Below are positions 1 to 13,479 of a stretch of 64,000 nucleotides of DNA, piece after piece. The DNA comes from Callorhinchus milii. Taxonomy: Eukaryota. The DNA is taken from the NCBI RefSeq assembly GCF_018977255.1, contig NW_024704742.1, forward strand, positions 51,400,001 through 51,464,000, in the 5' to 3' direction. The notes below the pieces were generated by a model that did not search any database, was not told where the DNA came from, and worked only from the letters and a program-made list of their open reading frames with translations. A program made the translations under genes and the position numbers. Position 1 is the stretch's first letter. Every line of letters starts with the position of its first letter.

Positions 1-2683
1 ATCCTTAAGGATCCACAGGTCCCTCCACCTGAGCTGCTACATCTCTTGGGTGATCTCCATGATGCAGAGGTGCATGTGTCCCGAGCAGTTTTATATAATG
101 TGATTGTCGGGGTTTGGACCTGGTTTGGAGCCACATGCTTGATTAATGTGTTGGCCTGCACCTTATTGACCCAATCTGCGGGAAGGAAACATAGAAAAAA
201 GACTGGCAAAAACAACAAATTACATTTGTATAGCACCTTTCTCATCAGGAGGCAGACCATGATCTGCATTATTCAGTAAATAACTTTTAAAACTCTAATA
301 TAGCAGAGCGAAATGTGGTGTGTTTTCCCTTCTACCTTAGTTATAGAATCTTTCCCCACAACTGGAACAAAAATGGACTGTTACTTTAACCACAATGTTT
401 TTTTAACTAAAAACCAGGTGAAGGGCCAACAATAACTTATATTTATATAGCGCCCCTGGTGGAGCACAACTCCGAGCTGGGGGGAGGGGGAGGTGAATAA
501 GAAGGTCTTCAGGCGCAACCTGAAAATGGGGAAGGAACACTGCAGAGTACCAGAGGTCAAGATGAACAGCTTGGGTTTTAAAAGCCTGTATAAAGTTGAA
601 GTAAAAGTTTCAATGGCTTTACATTATGGGATAGAAGGAGTTATTGCCATTTCACCTTAATTTGTAGATTAGCCTCACTTATTACTATTTAGGAACATAA
701 TTGGAGATTGTTACAACAAAAATTGGCCATTTGTTTCCTCATGTTTGTGCTGGTATTTTTCTTCGCGGGAACTATCTTGACTTTCCTGATGGCTCCCATA
801 CCTGCTAATCTTTTTTTTAAGCATCCACTTAAATCCCTTGGAAATAATTTATCGACTGTCCATCCTCACGTCTGCTTCAACAAACAATTATGCTTCAACA
901 ATAGAGAATATATGTGAGACAAACTGAAAGTTCATGTTGTAAATCACTGGGTATATTTATCCATCTGACAAAGCCACAATCAAGATGTGCTTGCAGGTTT
1001 ACTTGGTTGGCTTTACCCATTGGATAAATGTAGAATTAATTGAGTTTATTGGGATAAATCAACCTTCCTTGACCAATTTTGTGTTTAGCAGTCTGAAACT
1101 CTCCCTTGAGCTACTTTTTCAGTCTGACGCTTTTTTTAGTCATGTCTATAGTAGGGATATGGCATCACTGTTTCTATCCACGCATATGATTTCATTCAGT
1201 GAGTTATTCAGCCAACCTTTTCAAAATCAGTCATAAGAATTATGTAAATTACTCTAGAACCATGTCACCTTGACCTTTGTGAAAAGTAGTGGGAAGAGTA
1301 TTTCTCCATCAATCAATTCTGAGGTTAACTTGGCTGTGAATCATAAATTAAAGAATGTGGTATTTCAGTCTGGTATCACTTGAAGTGCTTTGGAAAGACA
1401 GCACTGAAAACCAAACTTGCTGAGAATACAGATGCACGGAGAGCTGCTGTCCATGTTGTAGCCAAGTAAATCGATAGTAAACTCAAAGGAATTATTCAGG
1501 ATGTTTTATCTGTACGATAAACCAGAACCAAGTAGACCTTTGCGTATTCAGTGCACTCAGCACAGAAGATGTAGAGTTGTGAATGTAGATGTAAAAGGTG
1601 CTCTGATGCTCATTCCTACCCCACAATGTTTGTGGAAAGAGGTCCGGGTCAATCACAAAATAATAAGCATTGTTCCATTGTTGTAACTTGGAATAGAGTG
1701 AAGGACAAAGCCGGCTGATTGTCTGGTCATGGCCAATTACAACTTGCACTTGCCCTTCGCGCAGGAAATGTCTTCACAGAGACTGATGGTAGCCTGAGCA
1801 GATTGGAAGGTAAGAAGGAGGTTAACCAGGAAAGCAATGATTTTCGGAAAGTTTTCTGAAAGCAGAGAAGGAGGAAGGGTACAAGACGGAAGGAGTTAAA
1901 GCAAGAGTTCCAGAAGACAGGGGACGATCTGAAAGCTTGCTCACCCGTGATTTGAGCTGATCGCTGAATCGTTCCTTTGAATTGATGTTTAAATCAAGTG
2001 TTTCATGACGAGTGAGTGATATGCACGGGGGTTAAGATGAATTGACTTCCAGCAGAGTGCCCTTGAAATGGGTCTGAGTATGAGATTTGTTTCACATGGG
2101 CTGAAAATGCTTAGTGATCACCCGATTTGTTTCTGCTGTGTTAATAGACATATTAACATAGCAGAATGAACATTCTTCATTATTTATGAACATTATTCAT
2201 TATGAGCATATTTTCTGTTCCAATGCATATTATTTTGCTTACCTACATTAACATCCATCTTGCAGATGTGTTCCAAATTGTGATTATTTCTGAAAATTCC
2301 TGTTGTCTTGCAACTTTTTTTCTATACTCCTAGAATTTCCTTACTTACTCAACATTTCTTTAATGCCATTTCTCCATTATTTGTTACCTGGTCAAATAGT
2401 TTAGCATCAACAAGAACCTTTTTAATACTGATTTCAGGCGGTAAGGTCTAATTCAGACTTTAGATGAGCAGAATGAGTTTGGTAAGGTAAGAGAGAAGAA
2501 GAAAGAACCCATCCTTTCATATTTATCACCTGGTTCCTATTGTTCAGTTAGCTTCTGTATAGCAAGCTAATTTACCATTAATTCTGCAAATATTCAACAT
2601 CTTTAAGAATCTTGTGGAAATTTATTTAATGACTTCTGAATATATTAATTGGATAGCCCTCATCCAATTTAGCTTAATTTACT

Positions 2684-2960
2684 GCAACAACAACTTGGAT
2701 TTATATAGCGCCCTCCACGCATCTCAGAGCGCTTTACAGTAACGGATCTCGGGTCCGAGCCAGGGGGAGGGTGAGGAAGATGACCAAAGGTGCGGTCGAA
2801 AAGAAAGGTCTTCAGCAGAGACCTGAAAATGGGAAGGGAGGGAGCGAGACTAAGGGAGTGAGGAAGGCAGTTCCAGAGACTCGGGGCATAGTAGCTGAAG
2901 GCACAGCCGCCGAGGGTGGAGCGGAGGACTCGGGGGACGAGGAGGAGTCCAGACCTGGAG
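2684..2960 (-). mobile_element. L2-type 3' end (related pieces at 425-540, 57440-57615, 59180-59530)
   Basis: caacaacaacttggatttatatagcgcc tail plus purine-rich L2 3' UTR. Confidence 0.75.
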
Positions 2961-3865
2961 GAACAAAGAATACTATCTTAATTTACTGTAAATGTTCCAC
3001 CAAGCAGATTGTAGACATAATGTATTGATTCTCAATCCATGCTGACTGTTTCAGATGTGTAATGCTCTTTAGAAATGTTATCCTCCGAATGGCAAAATTT
3101 TTTACCTAATTAGCAGCTTGTCAGGTTTAACCATTCCAGAGATCATTGCAGTTTATAAATATAAACAAGCATAATTGAAATAGTATCCTCTTTTGGTTGG
3201 AGATAAGCATTGCTCAGAACTTAGCTGGCTCCAAAGTGATGTTTGGCACTGGAATGTTGGAACCGAGTTTTGGTCTCAGTACTCTGGTTTCTGACAGGAT
3301 GGGTTCGCTGTAATCCAGGGCACTGGAGGTGACAGACCAGTCAGTCTGGCTCATCATCAGAACTTGAATGAGCAGTCCAGGCACTGGCAGTAGGAATTCT
3401 TCCTCTCAGCTCCTGTTAGTTGTGCTAGCCAAAGTTCTAAGGTTGTCCTCGCTGGGTAAGCAGTCAGAAGCATGCAAGATAGTACTCTCAGTGGCAAACC
3501 ATGTGGTTTTACCTGGTTAAATTTGGGTCTGCAAACCTTGGCTTTTGCCAATCTGCTCCTAATTCTCTGGAATTGTGTAAGTAGGGTATTTCCCTCTGAG
3601 TGCGCATTCCATCCCAGACATGGGGAAATTTCCATGTGTATGTGGCATACATATGTGGAACTCTGTACAGTTTGGATACTATAAAGCATGGTGATGGTTT
3701 CTGCACATGTCAATCACTTGGCTGACCAATGAAATTGTAAAATGTGGGCAGATTCAGAATTTAATTTATTAACAATTGTCTTTGCTATTTAATGAATTGG
3801 TGAAGCATTAACTCAAATGTATGATTGGTGTTTGTTTTACTCTTACCCTGAAGATTGGGAGCAGC

Positions 3866-4850
3866 TTGGTAGCTCCTCAGGGCTCTGTCCTTGGTCCCCT
3901 CCTCCGCAGACATGGGGTCAACTTCCACATGTATGCAGATGACACCCAACTTTACCTCCCTGCCTCCACCCTTCACTCCAGGACCACTGCTGTACTGACA
4001 GAATGTCTGTCAGACATCAAGTCCTGGATGAGAGTTAACTTTCTTCAGTTGAACGTCAACAACACTGAGGCTCTCCTGATTGGCTCCCGTCAGCGCCTCC
4101 ACACCTCAGGCGCTGACAGCATCACCATCCATGGTTGCACACTCCACCTCACTGAGCCAGTCCAGAACCTTGGGGGTCTTGTTTGACCCTCAACTATTCT
4201 TTCCACCCCACTTCTCTGCCATGACCCGCTCTTTCCCCACCTCTGCAACGTCGCCCGGCTCCGCTACTGTTTCACACCGCAGGCCGCCGAAACCCTCATA
4301 CACGCCTTCATTACATCGAGGCTCGACTATGCAAACTCACTGCTTGTTGGCCTCCCCAACTCCTCCCTCCACAGGCTGCAGATCATCCAGAACTCTGCAG
4401 CACATGTCCTCTCCTGCACCAGGCTCCGAGACCCTATCACCCCCATCCTCGCCCAACTCCACTGGCTTCCCATCACACAAAGGATACAGTTCAAGATCCT
4501 GGTCCTCACCTTCAAAGCCTTCCATGACCTTGCTCCCCCCTACCTCTGACCTGTCCCCCTACCATCCTGTTCACTCCCTCTGCTCAGCAGGCTCCAGCCT
4601 GCTTCACGTCCCCCGCCTTGCTCACCCCACTATGGGCGGCCACTCTGCACCCACTCTCTGGAACTCCATTCTGCAGTCCCTCCGTCTCGCCCCCTCCCTT
4701 GCCACCTTCAAGCTCCACCTCAAGACCCTCCCTCCTCTTCAACCGTGCTTTCACCCTCAGCTCGAGTCCATAATTCTGTCTGTCCAGTGCCTTGAGACGT
4801 CCTCCCAACATGAAAGGCGCTTTACAAATGTAATTTTGCTGTTGTTGTTG
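3866..4850 (+). mobile_element. L2 LINE 3' fragment, about 1 kb, degenerate
   Basis: [21 protein letters not shown]; tail aaggcgctttacaaatgtaattttg(ttg)n. Confidence 0.92.
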
Positions 4851-5947
4851 GAGGATCAGGTTCTGTGAATATTGAATATTGTCAATGGCTTTTCTCTTGC
4901 AAGCAAGACCGCTACGGTGGGATTAGGGATGGGTTCTTGGTTGAAACTGTTGTGATGGAGTGATGAGCAAAATAAACCTCCACTTCAACTTCCAGTTTGC
5001 AATTGTTATCTTTTATCTTCTATCTAGCTTATCCTCTTCTTCTATCTTCTTTTACTAATAAAACGACAGTGTCTGTGTGTCAGCCAAGATCTCAATAACC
5101 GATTGACGTAGAGACATGATTTATATCTCATCAGAAAGGTTTGCATTTGGGAGTGTTGTGGGCATTTTTTTTGGGTATCTCCTAATGTTGATGAGTTATG
5201 ACCTAAACAAGCTCATCACATATGTATGGCAGTTTTATCGTTGTAGTTACACCTGGTGTTCACGCCGACTCCTAGTGGTGTTGTGGCTTTGTGCGTCACA
5301 GAGTACATGTGTATGTAAGCACGCAGACACTGCAGTTACACCTGGTGGCCTCACCAATTCCCAGTGGCATTGTGCATCACAGTAAGTATGCACGCACGTG
5401 CTCAGACGAAGTCACGTGGTGGGAACAAGATAAAGATGCCTAAGCGAACATCAAGTCTTTCAAGTACAATTGAAAGGCCGATTAAACTGAAGAACAAAGA
5501 ACAGCACGGCTGCATTGCAATAACTTGAGGACCTGCTGGATCACACAGTAAACCCATTCAGTTAGCGTAGCCTTTGACAAGATCTTCTGTCATTCATGAG
5601 CTATAACCCAAACAAGCTCATCGCACATGTATGGGAGTTTTGCTTAAAGTGTACACACAGTGTTTATGGTATGTTAAATGGTTTGTGAGTGGTATCACTG
5701 AAATCTACATTCCATATTGGATCCTTTGGTAGCAAGTGTAGCTGCAATGGATATAGGTAGTATTACATATGTATAAAATAACCTAGGCTTGGGTGTAGTG
5801 GGCACCAAGGTAGTAAATCTTCTGATCGAAAGCTTAGTAGAGTGATGTAGAGAATTTTAGGTTTGGCAAATTATGAAGATTTACTGCATTTGGAACGATG
5901 GAAGGAAATCTATTTCTAGATAGTAATATTAGTGGAGGAATATTGGT

Positions 5948-6362
5948 GGAGTCCTGTAGCTTAATGTTTAGAGCACTTGCCTCGCAAGCGAGAGGACCTG
6001 GGTTTAATTGCCGGGTAGGGTGAAACGTTGGGCAAGGTTCCTTACTCCATATGTCTCTATTTACCTAGCAGTAAGTAGGAGCCTGGTTGTTAGTTGATGG
6101 ACGGATTGCTTTTCTGGAGGTAATAATCCATTGAAAAAAATATTAATACAGGGAGGAGAAGAGACGGGACTCTCCAGTTCTTGCCCCTCCCCACAAAATA
6201 CAACCTTTTACAAGTATTAATCACTCAATCCACAACTGTTTGTGGGACAGTGCTGTGCGCAATTGGCTGCTGCGCTTCACCCACAAAATACAGTCAATTC
6301 ACTTTACAGTATATTTTGTGAAGTGCTATAAGTTTCTATATCAAATGCAAGGATTATTTTTA
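5948..6362 (+). mobile_element. tRNA-derived SINE, near full length
   Basis: ggagtcctgtagct head with A/B boxes; body ctgtttgtggga...ctgtgcgcaattggctgc; tail atcaaatgcaaggattatt. Confidence 0.9.
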
Positions 6363-6499
6363 TTAGTATATTGTAATCTTGGAGTATAGATACATGGTTC
6401 TTTAAAACTGAGTCGAAGTGCACAAGACGATTATAAAATCTAACTTTTATATATAATTGTATTGAATGCAAGAGCTGTGAAGTGATATGAAATATGTAC

Positions 6500-7600
6500 A
6501 AGAATGACAGCGGCAGAATCTGACTCAGAGCTAGGCGGAAAGCGAGGGGTTGGTGACTGTCAGCATGATCAAAAAGGAAAGTCTTTAGGAGGGATTTGAA
6601 AGTAGGGAAGGAGGAGGCAAGGCAAAGTAGTTGTAGGAGAGAATTCCAGTTTCAGGGAGTAATGGCTAAAGGCATGGCCATCAATGGTGGAGAGGACGAG
6701 GGACAATCAGGTGGCCAGAGCTAGCCGAGGTGAGGCAGTGGATGGTGGAGTTGGGGGAGGCAGGCAATGTGATAAAGGTGGAAAAAAATAGTACTGTTCA
6801 GGGAATGGATATGGGGTAGAAAGGAAAGATGGGGATTGAACCTGATGCCTTTGTGTTCGGTGAGTTTGAGTGAGAGCCCAGGGGTGTTGAAGGGTTCAGA
6901 CCCACAGGAGAGAAGACGTTAATGGGAGCCAAAAAGTAACGCTTCCGTCTTGCCGACATTTAGCTGCAGGAAATTTGCGCTCATCTAGACCTTGATTTTC
7001 ATCAGACAAGCTGACAGGACATCAGCGGACTGGGAGTCGCAGCTGGAGAAGGAGACGCAGATTTGGGTGTCATCCGCATACATGTGGAAGTTGACCCCAT
7101 GTCTGTGGGTGACATCGCTGAGAGGAAGCATGTAGATAAGGAAAAGAAGGGGGCCAAGGATGGAGCCTTGGGGTACCCTGCAAGTGACCGGTCAGGAACA
7201 GGAGGAAAATACACTTGCAGTGATGAAATGGAGGAGATTGGTTAAGCAGGATGCGAACCATGCAAGTCTGATCCCGCTAAGGTAGAGGAGAGTCGGTGGA
7301 GGAGGACGCAGAAGAGAGATCCAGGAGAATGAGGAGGCAGATGGAGCCCTAGTCACAGCGAGAGAGGATGTTATTTGTTACTTTGACAAGCGCTGTCTCT
7401 GTGCTGTGGGCAGGCTGATAACCGGACTGGAGGGGTTCGAGTTGGGAGTGGAGGGAGCGGTGTGAGTGAAGTTGATTTGCAATGATGAGTTCCAAAATTT
7501 TGGCCAGGAAGGTTTGAGATGCGTCTGAAGTTGTTGAGGTTAGAGTGATGGTAGTTTTTGAGGAGGACAGGGCCTGAGGAGAGGGACTGACTGGGATGAG
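6500..7600 (-). mobile_element. Older L2 fragment (RT region)
   Basis: Minus strand GVPQGSILGP, YADDTQI, QSGY...STETALVKVTN; alignable to the 22.6 kb copy. Confidence 0.85.
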
Positions 7601-7954
7601 GCTATCTAATTTTTATTAATATTTTTGTTAAGGTAAGTAAAGGGCATTTCCATTGGTTGGAGAATCAGTAATGGGAGGACATAAATTGAGGATGATCGTC
7701 AGAAGGATAAATGGGGAAATAGAATAAATATTTTACAGAGAGCTGATAGAATGTAGAATCCCTTCGTGAAATGGCTATTAAAGTGAGTCCACAGCATCGT
7801 TTAAAAAGGTATTGTAAAAATAGCATTATGTTCAATATCTTCTAAGGAGTCTCGTGGTCTTAACACTGTTCTACTTTATCACAAAAATATTTAATAATAA
7901 ACCTTGCATTTGCAAGTTGTATTAGTGCATTTCGTGTTGGGAAGACATCCCAAA

Positions 7955-8175
7955 GCAACAACAACAAGATTCCATTTATAGAGCGCCTTTCACGTCGGGA
8001 GGACGTCCCAAGGCGCTGTCCAGTTGGGTCAGGACCCGAGCATTGGGGAAATGGTCAGGGTGAGGGAAGGGAGGGAGCGAGGAGGGGGTAGAGAGTCGAG
8101 AGGGGAGCTGAAGGCACGGTCAAAGAGAAAGGTCTCGAGACCGGCCTTGAAGGAGGAAAGGGAGGAAGCAAGGCA
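7955..8175 (-). mobile_element. Young L2 3' end
   Basis: Nearly identical to 22614-22830. Confidence 0.92.
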
Positions 8176-11100
8176 GCAGTGTTCCACAAACAGTCGTAGA
8201 TTGAGTGACCGTTTTTTGGGGGGCTTATTACTCCCGGAAAGCTATTCGCCAATTGACTTAACCGAGCAAGGAAACTTGGCTAAGATTTCGCCCCACCCGT
8301 AAATCGAACCTGGGTCCTCTCGCTTGCGAGGCGAGCGCCCTAACCACTACACTATGGGAATACACACATTTGTTACTCTTATCTCCTTCAAATGCCAAAT
8401 GACCTGTTGTGAATTTCCTACATTCTTTGTTTTTATTTGATTTCCAGCCATTGCTGTTTTTCCCTTTTAATGCGGAGGAGAATTCATATATAACTTGACT
8501 TCTATTTACTATCGGAACAGCCTGAATTAGAAAGACCTTTCCCACTCCCTCCATGGCATTCCAGAAATCTGAAGTGTTAGACTTGGGCTTTCCAGCAGCC
8601 ACTATAAAAGTTATAAAAGTCACAGCAAAATCAGCAGGTAGAAAATATAACTACCCACTGCTACAAGTCAATATGGCCTGGCCTGTATCTTATTGGTAAG
8701 GACTCTCCTTTGTAAATCCTTCTTGTTGGGGGAGGGGAGTCCAATTATTTTTTAAATTAATGAAATCAGTAGAAAGATCGTACAGTTGTAATAGGTTTAG
8801 CTTCGAGGATGTTTGTGTAAAAAGAAAACTGCTGAAAGGTGCTTGGAAAGGGGTGTGGGTGGGAAGAAAGTGCGGAAGTCAATGACACTTGGATCAATAA
8901 TGTAACTGGGGATCTGAATTTGGTACAGTTTTGCCCTCTAGATCTCCCACTGTACTATCATAGAATTATACAGCACAGAAGGAGGCCAATTGGCCCATCA
9001 TGTCTGTGCCGTCTCTTTGAAAAGAGCTACCTAAATCAGTTCCGTTTCCCCCGCTCTCTCCCCATAGCCCTGCAAACTTGTCCTCCCCAAATAATTATCT
9101 ACTTCTCTCTTAAAAGCTGTTATCGAATCGGCTTCCACCACCCTTTCAGGCAATGCCTTCCAGATCCGAACAACTCGCTGTGTGAAAAAAATAAAGGGAG
9201 TAATTATCTTGTCAGGAGAGCAACAGTCTAAGTGCCAACTTGATTATTTCTTCCAGTCATTTTCTTGAACATTCACATCTTGCAACTCCAAAGGTTCCAA
9301 AATGATGACCAGCATCCGGGCTGATCAGTTGAAGTGCAAGTCAACCTTGTTTGAAGTAGTTTAAGAACAGAAGGCTTCTGTTGGATACTCTGCCTTTGTT
9401 AGAGTTCATTGAATCTAGATTACAGACAAGGCAACTCAGTACTTGATGTAGTTGATAATTTCAGATCCTTAGGATTAGGAATTTTCTTTGCTCTGACATT
9501 AAAGTGTTTTTTTTCTTTCCTCTTGCTCCATAACCTCTTTAATATTTATATAGCCTTTGTGGGCCTTGATATGGCTTTGGAATTCATACCCTTCTATGAT
9601 ATGGTTCTTTCATGTAAGATAAATGCTAGGTTTGAGAATAGCACTTGCTAAGCGACAACAGTTCAGAGAGTATAAGGTATATAAAATTTTAAATGGGATT
9701 GAAAATGTAAACCCAAATATCAAATGCAATGATTATTATTAGATCAATACAGTGGAACAAGGATATAGGTATAGTGTTGGAAAGGTTAACTTCAGGAAAG
9801 ACATCAGGAAGTTTGTGTTTAATCAATGGCTGGAAAGGTAGTGGAAGCCAGGACACTGGACCAATTTAAAAAGCAGCTCGATGCATTGATAAGGGGAATG
9901 GGAGGATGAGTGTTCTGGAGGGATGTGATTGGATGGGCCAAAAGGTCTTCTTCATCCATTTAATCTTGTGAGGTGTTTGGGTCCACATTGACTAAAATTA
10001 ACCCTCAGATATTGAGCCAACGTAATCCTCCATAATACTACACTGGAGACCATTTTTAATGATTTCTGTTTGCTGAACTTGAACACCAAAAGCTGTACTT
10101 TTGACCCAGGTTCAGCTTATCTATTCTCCTACGTACAAGAGAACTACATTACTTGCACTATGTTTGAAGGGATAGAGATCTGCCAAACACCAGCATTGCT
10201 TGACAAGCTCGCCACCTCCTGCCTTCCATGGCACACAGACACTGAGAGATCACACACTCGCAGCCACCGACCGAGAGAGACGGGCGGCCATGGGGGTGTG
10301 GGGTGACGGGCAGCCACCGGGGGAGGGACCCCTCAGGGTCCCCCACGGCCACAGAGGGAGACGTACAGACAACAGCATTAACTTTTGGCCCATCCGATCA
10401 CGTGGCACCCTCCACGCAGGGTAGCATCTCTGCGCTTAACGGAGACAGGAGAAAGACACACAGAGAATCTCAACAGTGGGCCCTTGGGGTGAGCAAAGCG
10501 CATTTCCCGCTTGCACTGCGCATGCTCATCGAGAGGGATGTTTATAGCGGAGGGAATGATCCTCGGTGTACCACAACGTGTTTGTAACGGAGGGGTTTGT
10601 TGCGGATTCTACAGAAAAATTGCAGGCGCAGTTTTCTATTAACTCGCTAATGACTGGTCTATTCTAAACCAGTGAAATGGCTCACTGGTTTCTTAAAGCA
10701 GAAATCTTCATTTGCATGTTAATTCAACCTTTATCTATATATAACATTCTGAGCAAAGTTAGGAAAGATGTCTCCTGGAAGAATGTTGCCATTATTACTG
10801 AATACCAGCTTTAAACCTACAGAATGGACAAAACATTGAAGGCTGCTTCATAGTTGTAGCCTGTCTTTTTATTGGCAACAACTTTTATTTGATATTAGGT
10901 ATACAGTTCTTTTAATTAAATCTAATGGGAAACTTCATGTCTTTGTCATTAATTTTCCCATCTCTTGGTGTGGTCTGCAGGTGATGAATATTTGATCTTT
11001 CCTCTTTCTTTGGAAGACATTTGTTATTGGTAACATCAACAACCCCTTTATTGATAGGATCAATGTCTACGATTATTTGTAAGTGTATTGTGACAAAACA

Positions 11101-11519
11101 ATTGGATTTTAAATTATGCCATAGTTTTGTGGGCAAATTTGGTTCATAGTTTCTAGTTAGGTGGACATCATTCTCAATGCAGACTTCTACCACTTGCAGT
11201 AATCTACTTATTAGATGCAATTGGATTAAACTGGATGCTAAAGATGTGCAATTTGATCTCAACAAGTTTCACAGACTGAATGGTGAACTTCACTGTTCCT
11301 GTTCAGCAAATCTTCATTCTTAATTCCAAAATATCCATTTAACCTTTAATTAGCATATTTTCCATTTTTCTAATAAGTTGAAAGAACAGTGGGTACATTT
11401 GTATCTATTTTTATCATATTACTCAATCTTGTTCGTAACAGATGTGTTTTGCTTATTGTAAAATGGTACAGCTCAAACTTTTTTCACCCCTATTTAAAAA
11501 TAGAGCAATTCCTTTTAAT

Positions 11520-11900
11520 CCCTAGTCTTGTTTAAGGTTTGGTAATTTATTCTGATGTCCTCAAATTATCCTTTACTCCAAACCCTAACTGGTGAATCAA
11601 TTTCTACACAAGTGTACAGTATTCCAAATGTCACCTCATTTGCGAATGGTCAGTAATTGCATCCAAATTTTTAGTTTCCAATCTCCACTATTGTATGTGT
11701 ACTTGGGATCTCTCTTGTTTCAATGTGCATTTCTTCTTGTTTACATTAAAATCCATCTACCAGAGTCTGTCCACTTAATGAATCCAAAGCAAATATCGAC
11801 TCTTGCTGGTAACCAGAAGTGTGCCACACCTGTAGGTTATATTGGAACATCAAATCTTGTGGGTCAGAGTGACAGTTTTTACTTTAAGAACATTGATCTT
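11520..11900 (-). mobile_element. Ancient CR1 RT C-terminal remnant
   Basis: Minus strand reads, with frameshifts, KWTD...MDFNVNK...MHI...PKYTY, like the CR1 WQMxFNxxKCKVMHxG motif. Confidence 0.55.
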
Positions 11901-12109
11901 TACATCCTACTATGTGGACAGTTAACAATTGGAGGAAACGGTGTTTATAATAATCCTTGCATTTGATATAGCGCCTTTTATGTCTTTGGGACGTCTCAAA
12001 GCGCTTCAGAGAATATACTGTAAAATATAAGTGACTCTTTTGTGGACAAAACGCCTAGTTTGTATGGCGACTACTATGCTGCAGTTTGGTGACTTAATTT
12101 TTTTAAATT

Positions 12110-12420
12110 AATAATAATAATCCTTGCATTTGATATAGCGCTTTTCATGTCTTCGAGACGTCTCAAAGCGCTTCACAGAATATACTGTAAAGTGAATTGA
12201 CCGTATATTTGTGGGCGAAACGTGACATCCAATTGCGCACAGCAGTGTCCCACAAACAGTCGTGGATTGAAGTGACCAATTTATTATTTTTTTTTGCTTG
12301 AGGGATTATTATCAGGCGTGTGGAGTAAGGAAACTTGACCAAGGTTTCGCCCTACCGGGAATCAAACCCAGGTCTCTCGCTTGCCAGGCAAGTGCTCTAA
12401 CCATTGAGCTACAGGACTCC
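12110..12420 (-). mobile_element. tRNA-derived SINE (a tail-only copy lies at 11945-12055)
   Basis: Same head, body and (ATT)n tail on the minus strand. Confidence 0.92.
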
Positions 12421-13361
12421 TTCTGAAAGAAATTAGGATGACTTTCTTTTCCCACCTTCCTCCTCTCTTCCCTCCTCCCCCCAAACCATGTGACAAAGTA
12501 TTGTGCTCTCTGACATTACTAACTTGTAAGAGTTAGTAATGTAAGGTCTTATATTCCGGAACAGTAGTGAAGCATGGGCTAGGGTATCCTTTGGGTTCTG
12601 CCAGGATTTTCTTGATAAGACCCAGTTTTGTTCCTATTAGCTAAAGCTAAGGACTGAATTGTTAGTTGATATTGGCGCTCATGGGATTTCCCCATTATAA
12701 TTGTGTGGGACTTTTCACCTTACATACAATGCTAACCAGAATTTCAACAAACACATTTCCAGATGTACTCGTTTTTTTCATGTGATGCCTTTTACAGCGC
12801 ATCTGCGTGAAGTAATTAGTTTATGATCTTAAAAATAAAATTAAAATGGTAGATTCTTGTGTGATATCTGTGGAAATTTTCTGGCCCTGAATAGGCTTCT
12901 ATTAAAGTACTTTGTCTGTGAACTAAGTTATTTTACTTTGCGCTTGATTTTAAGGTGATCGTCTTCTGTTGGTCATAGAACAGTCACAACGTACTAGAAA
13001 CATGCAAGAAACCCAGTTTTTTTTTAATTATGCCTTGTTATTAACCACAGTTCTGGTTAGCTTACAAATCCATCTCCTAATATTTGAGGTGAGATTGAGC
13101 TGAGGGTATAATAAATCATTGAATGTAAGATTTTCTCAAAAAGAAAAGAACTCTGACATTCGAGTCCAGCTCAAACTACATATTTTGTGTGCCTTTGTCC
13201 TACAATAATGTACATCTTTTTGAAATTCTGCAAATTTTATGCCCTTGAGTGATGCGCCCCAGGGATATATTGGGCGCTGAAAAGCGTAATTGCCATATTG
13301 TGTATTAGTATATGTATATATAGACAAGTGGTTATTTGTATCTTAATTTTTATTTATGCAG

Positions 13362-13479
13362 GAAATCTTCGGTCTTGCAGTTGCCCCTCCGACTGCTGTA
13401 ACAAAGGAATGCCACCCAGGAAAAAGAGGAGACCCACAGTAGCAGATGATCTAACCGCTAAAAAAAGCAGGCATGATGG
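13362..13479 (+). CDS. DCUN1D4: DCUN1D4 (DCN1-like protein 4) coding exon with NLS; upstream exons not found in window; in-frame ATG at 13409
   Basis: atgcag acceptor, GG|gtatg donor; translates [39 protein letters not shown], matching the vertebrate DCUN1D4 GSLRSC...MPPRKKRR...DDLSAKKSRHD segment. Confidence 0.95.

Noticed and set aside
1765..1815. Exon-like segment with AAG|gtaaga donor
   Set aside because: It lies in decayed L2-like sequence with no recognisable peptide
9301..9326. C/D box snoRNA (ATGATGA...CTGA)
   Set aside because: The boxes are only about 12 nt apart, too short for a snoRNA
12979..13015. Upstream DCUN1D4 micro-exon (phase fits)
   Set aside because: Very weak donor (gttttt) and no similarity to the known N-terminal DCUN1D4 peptide
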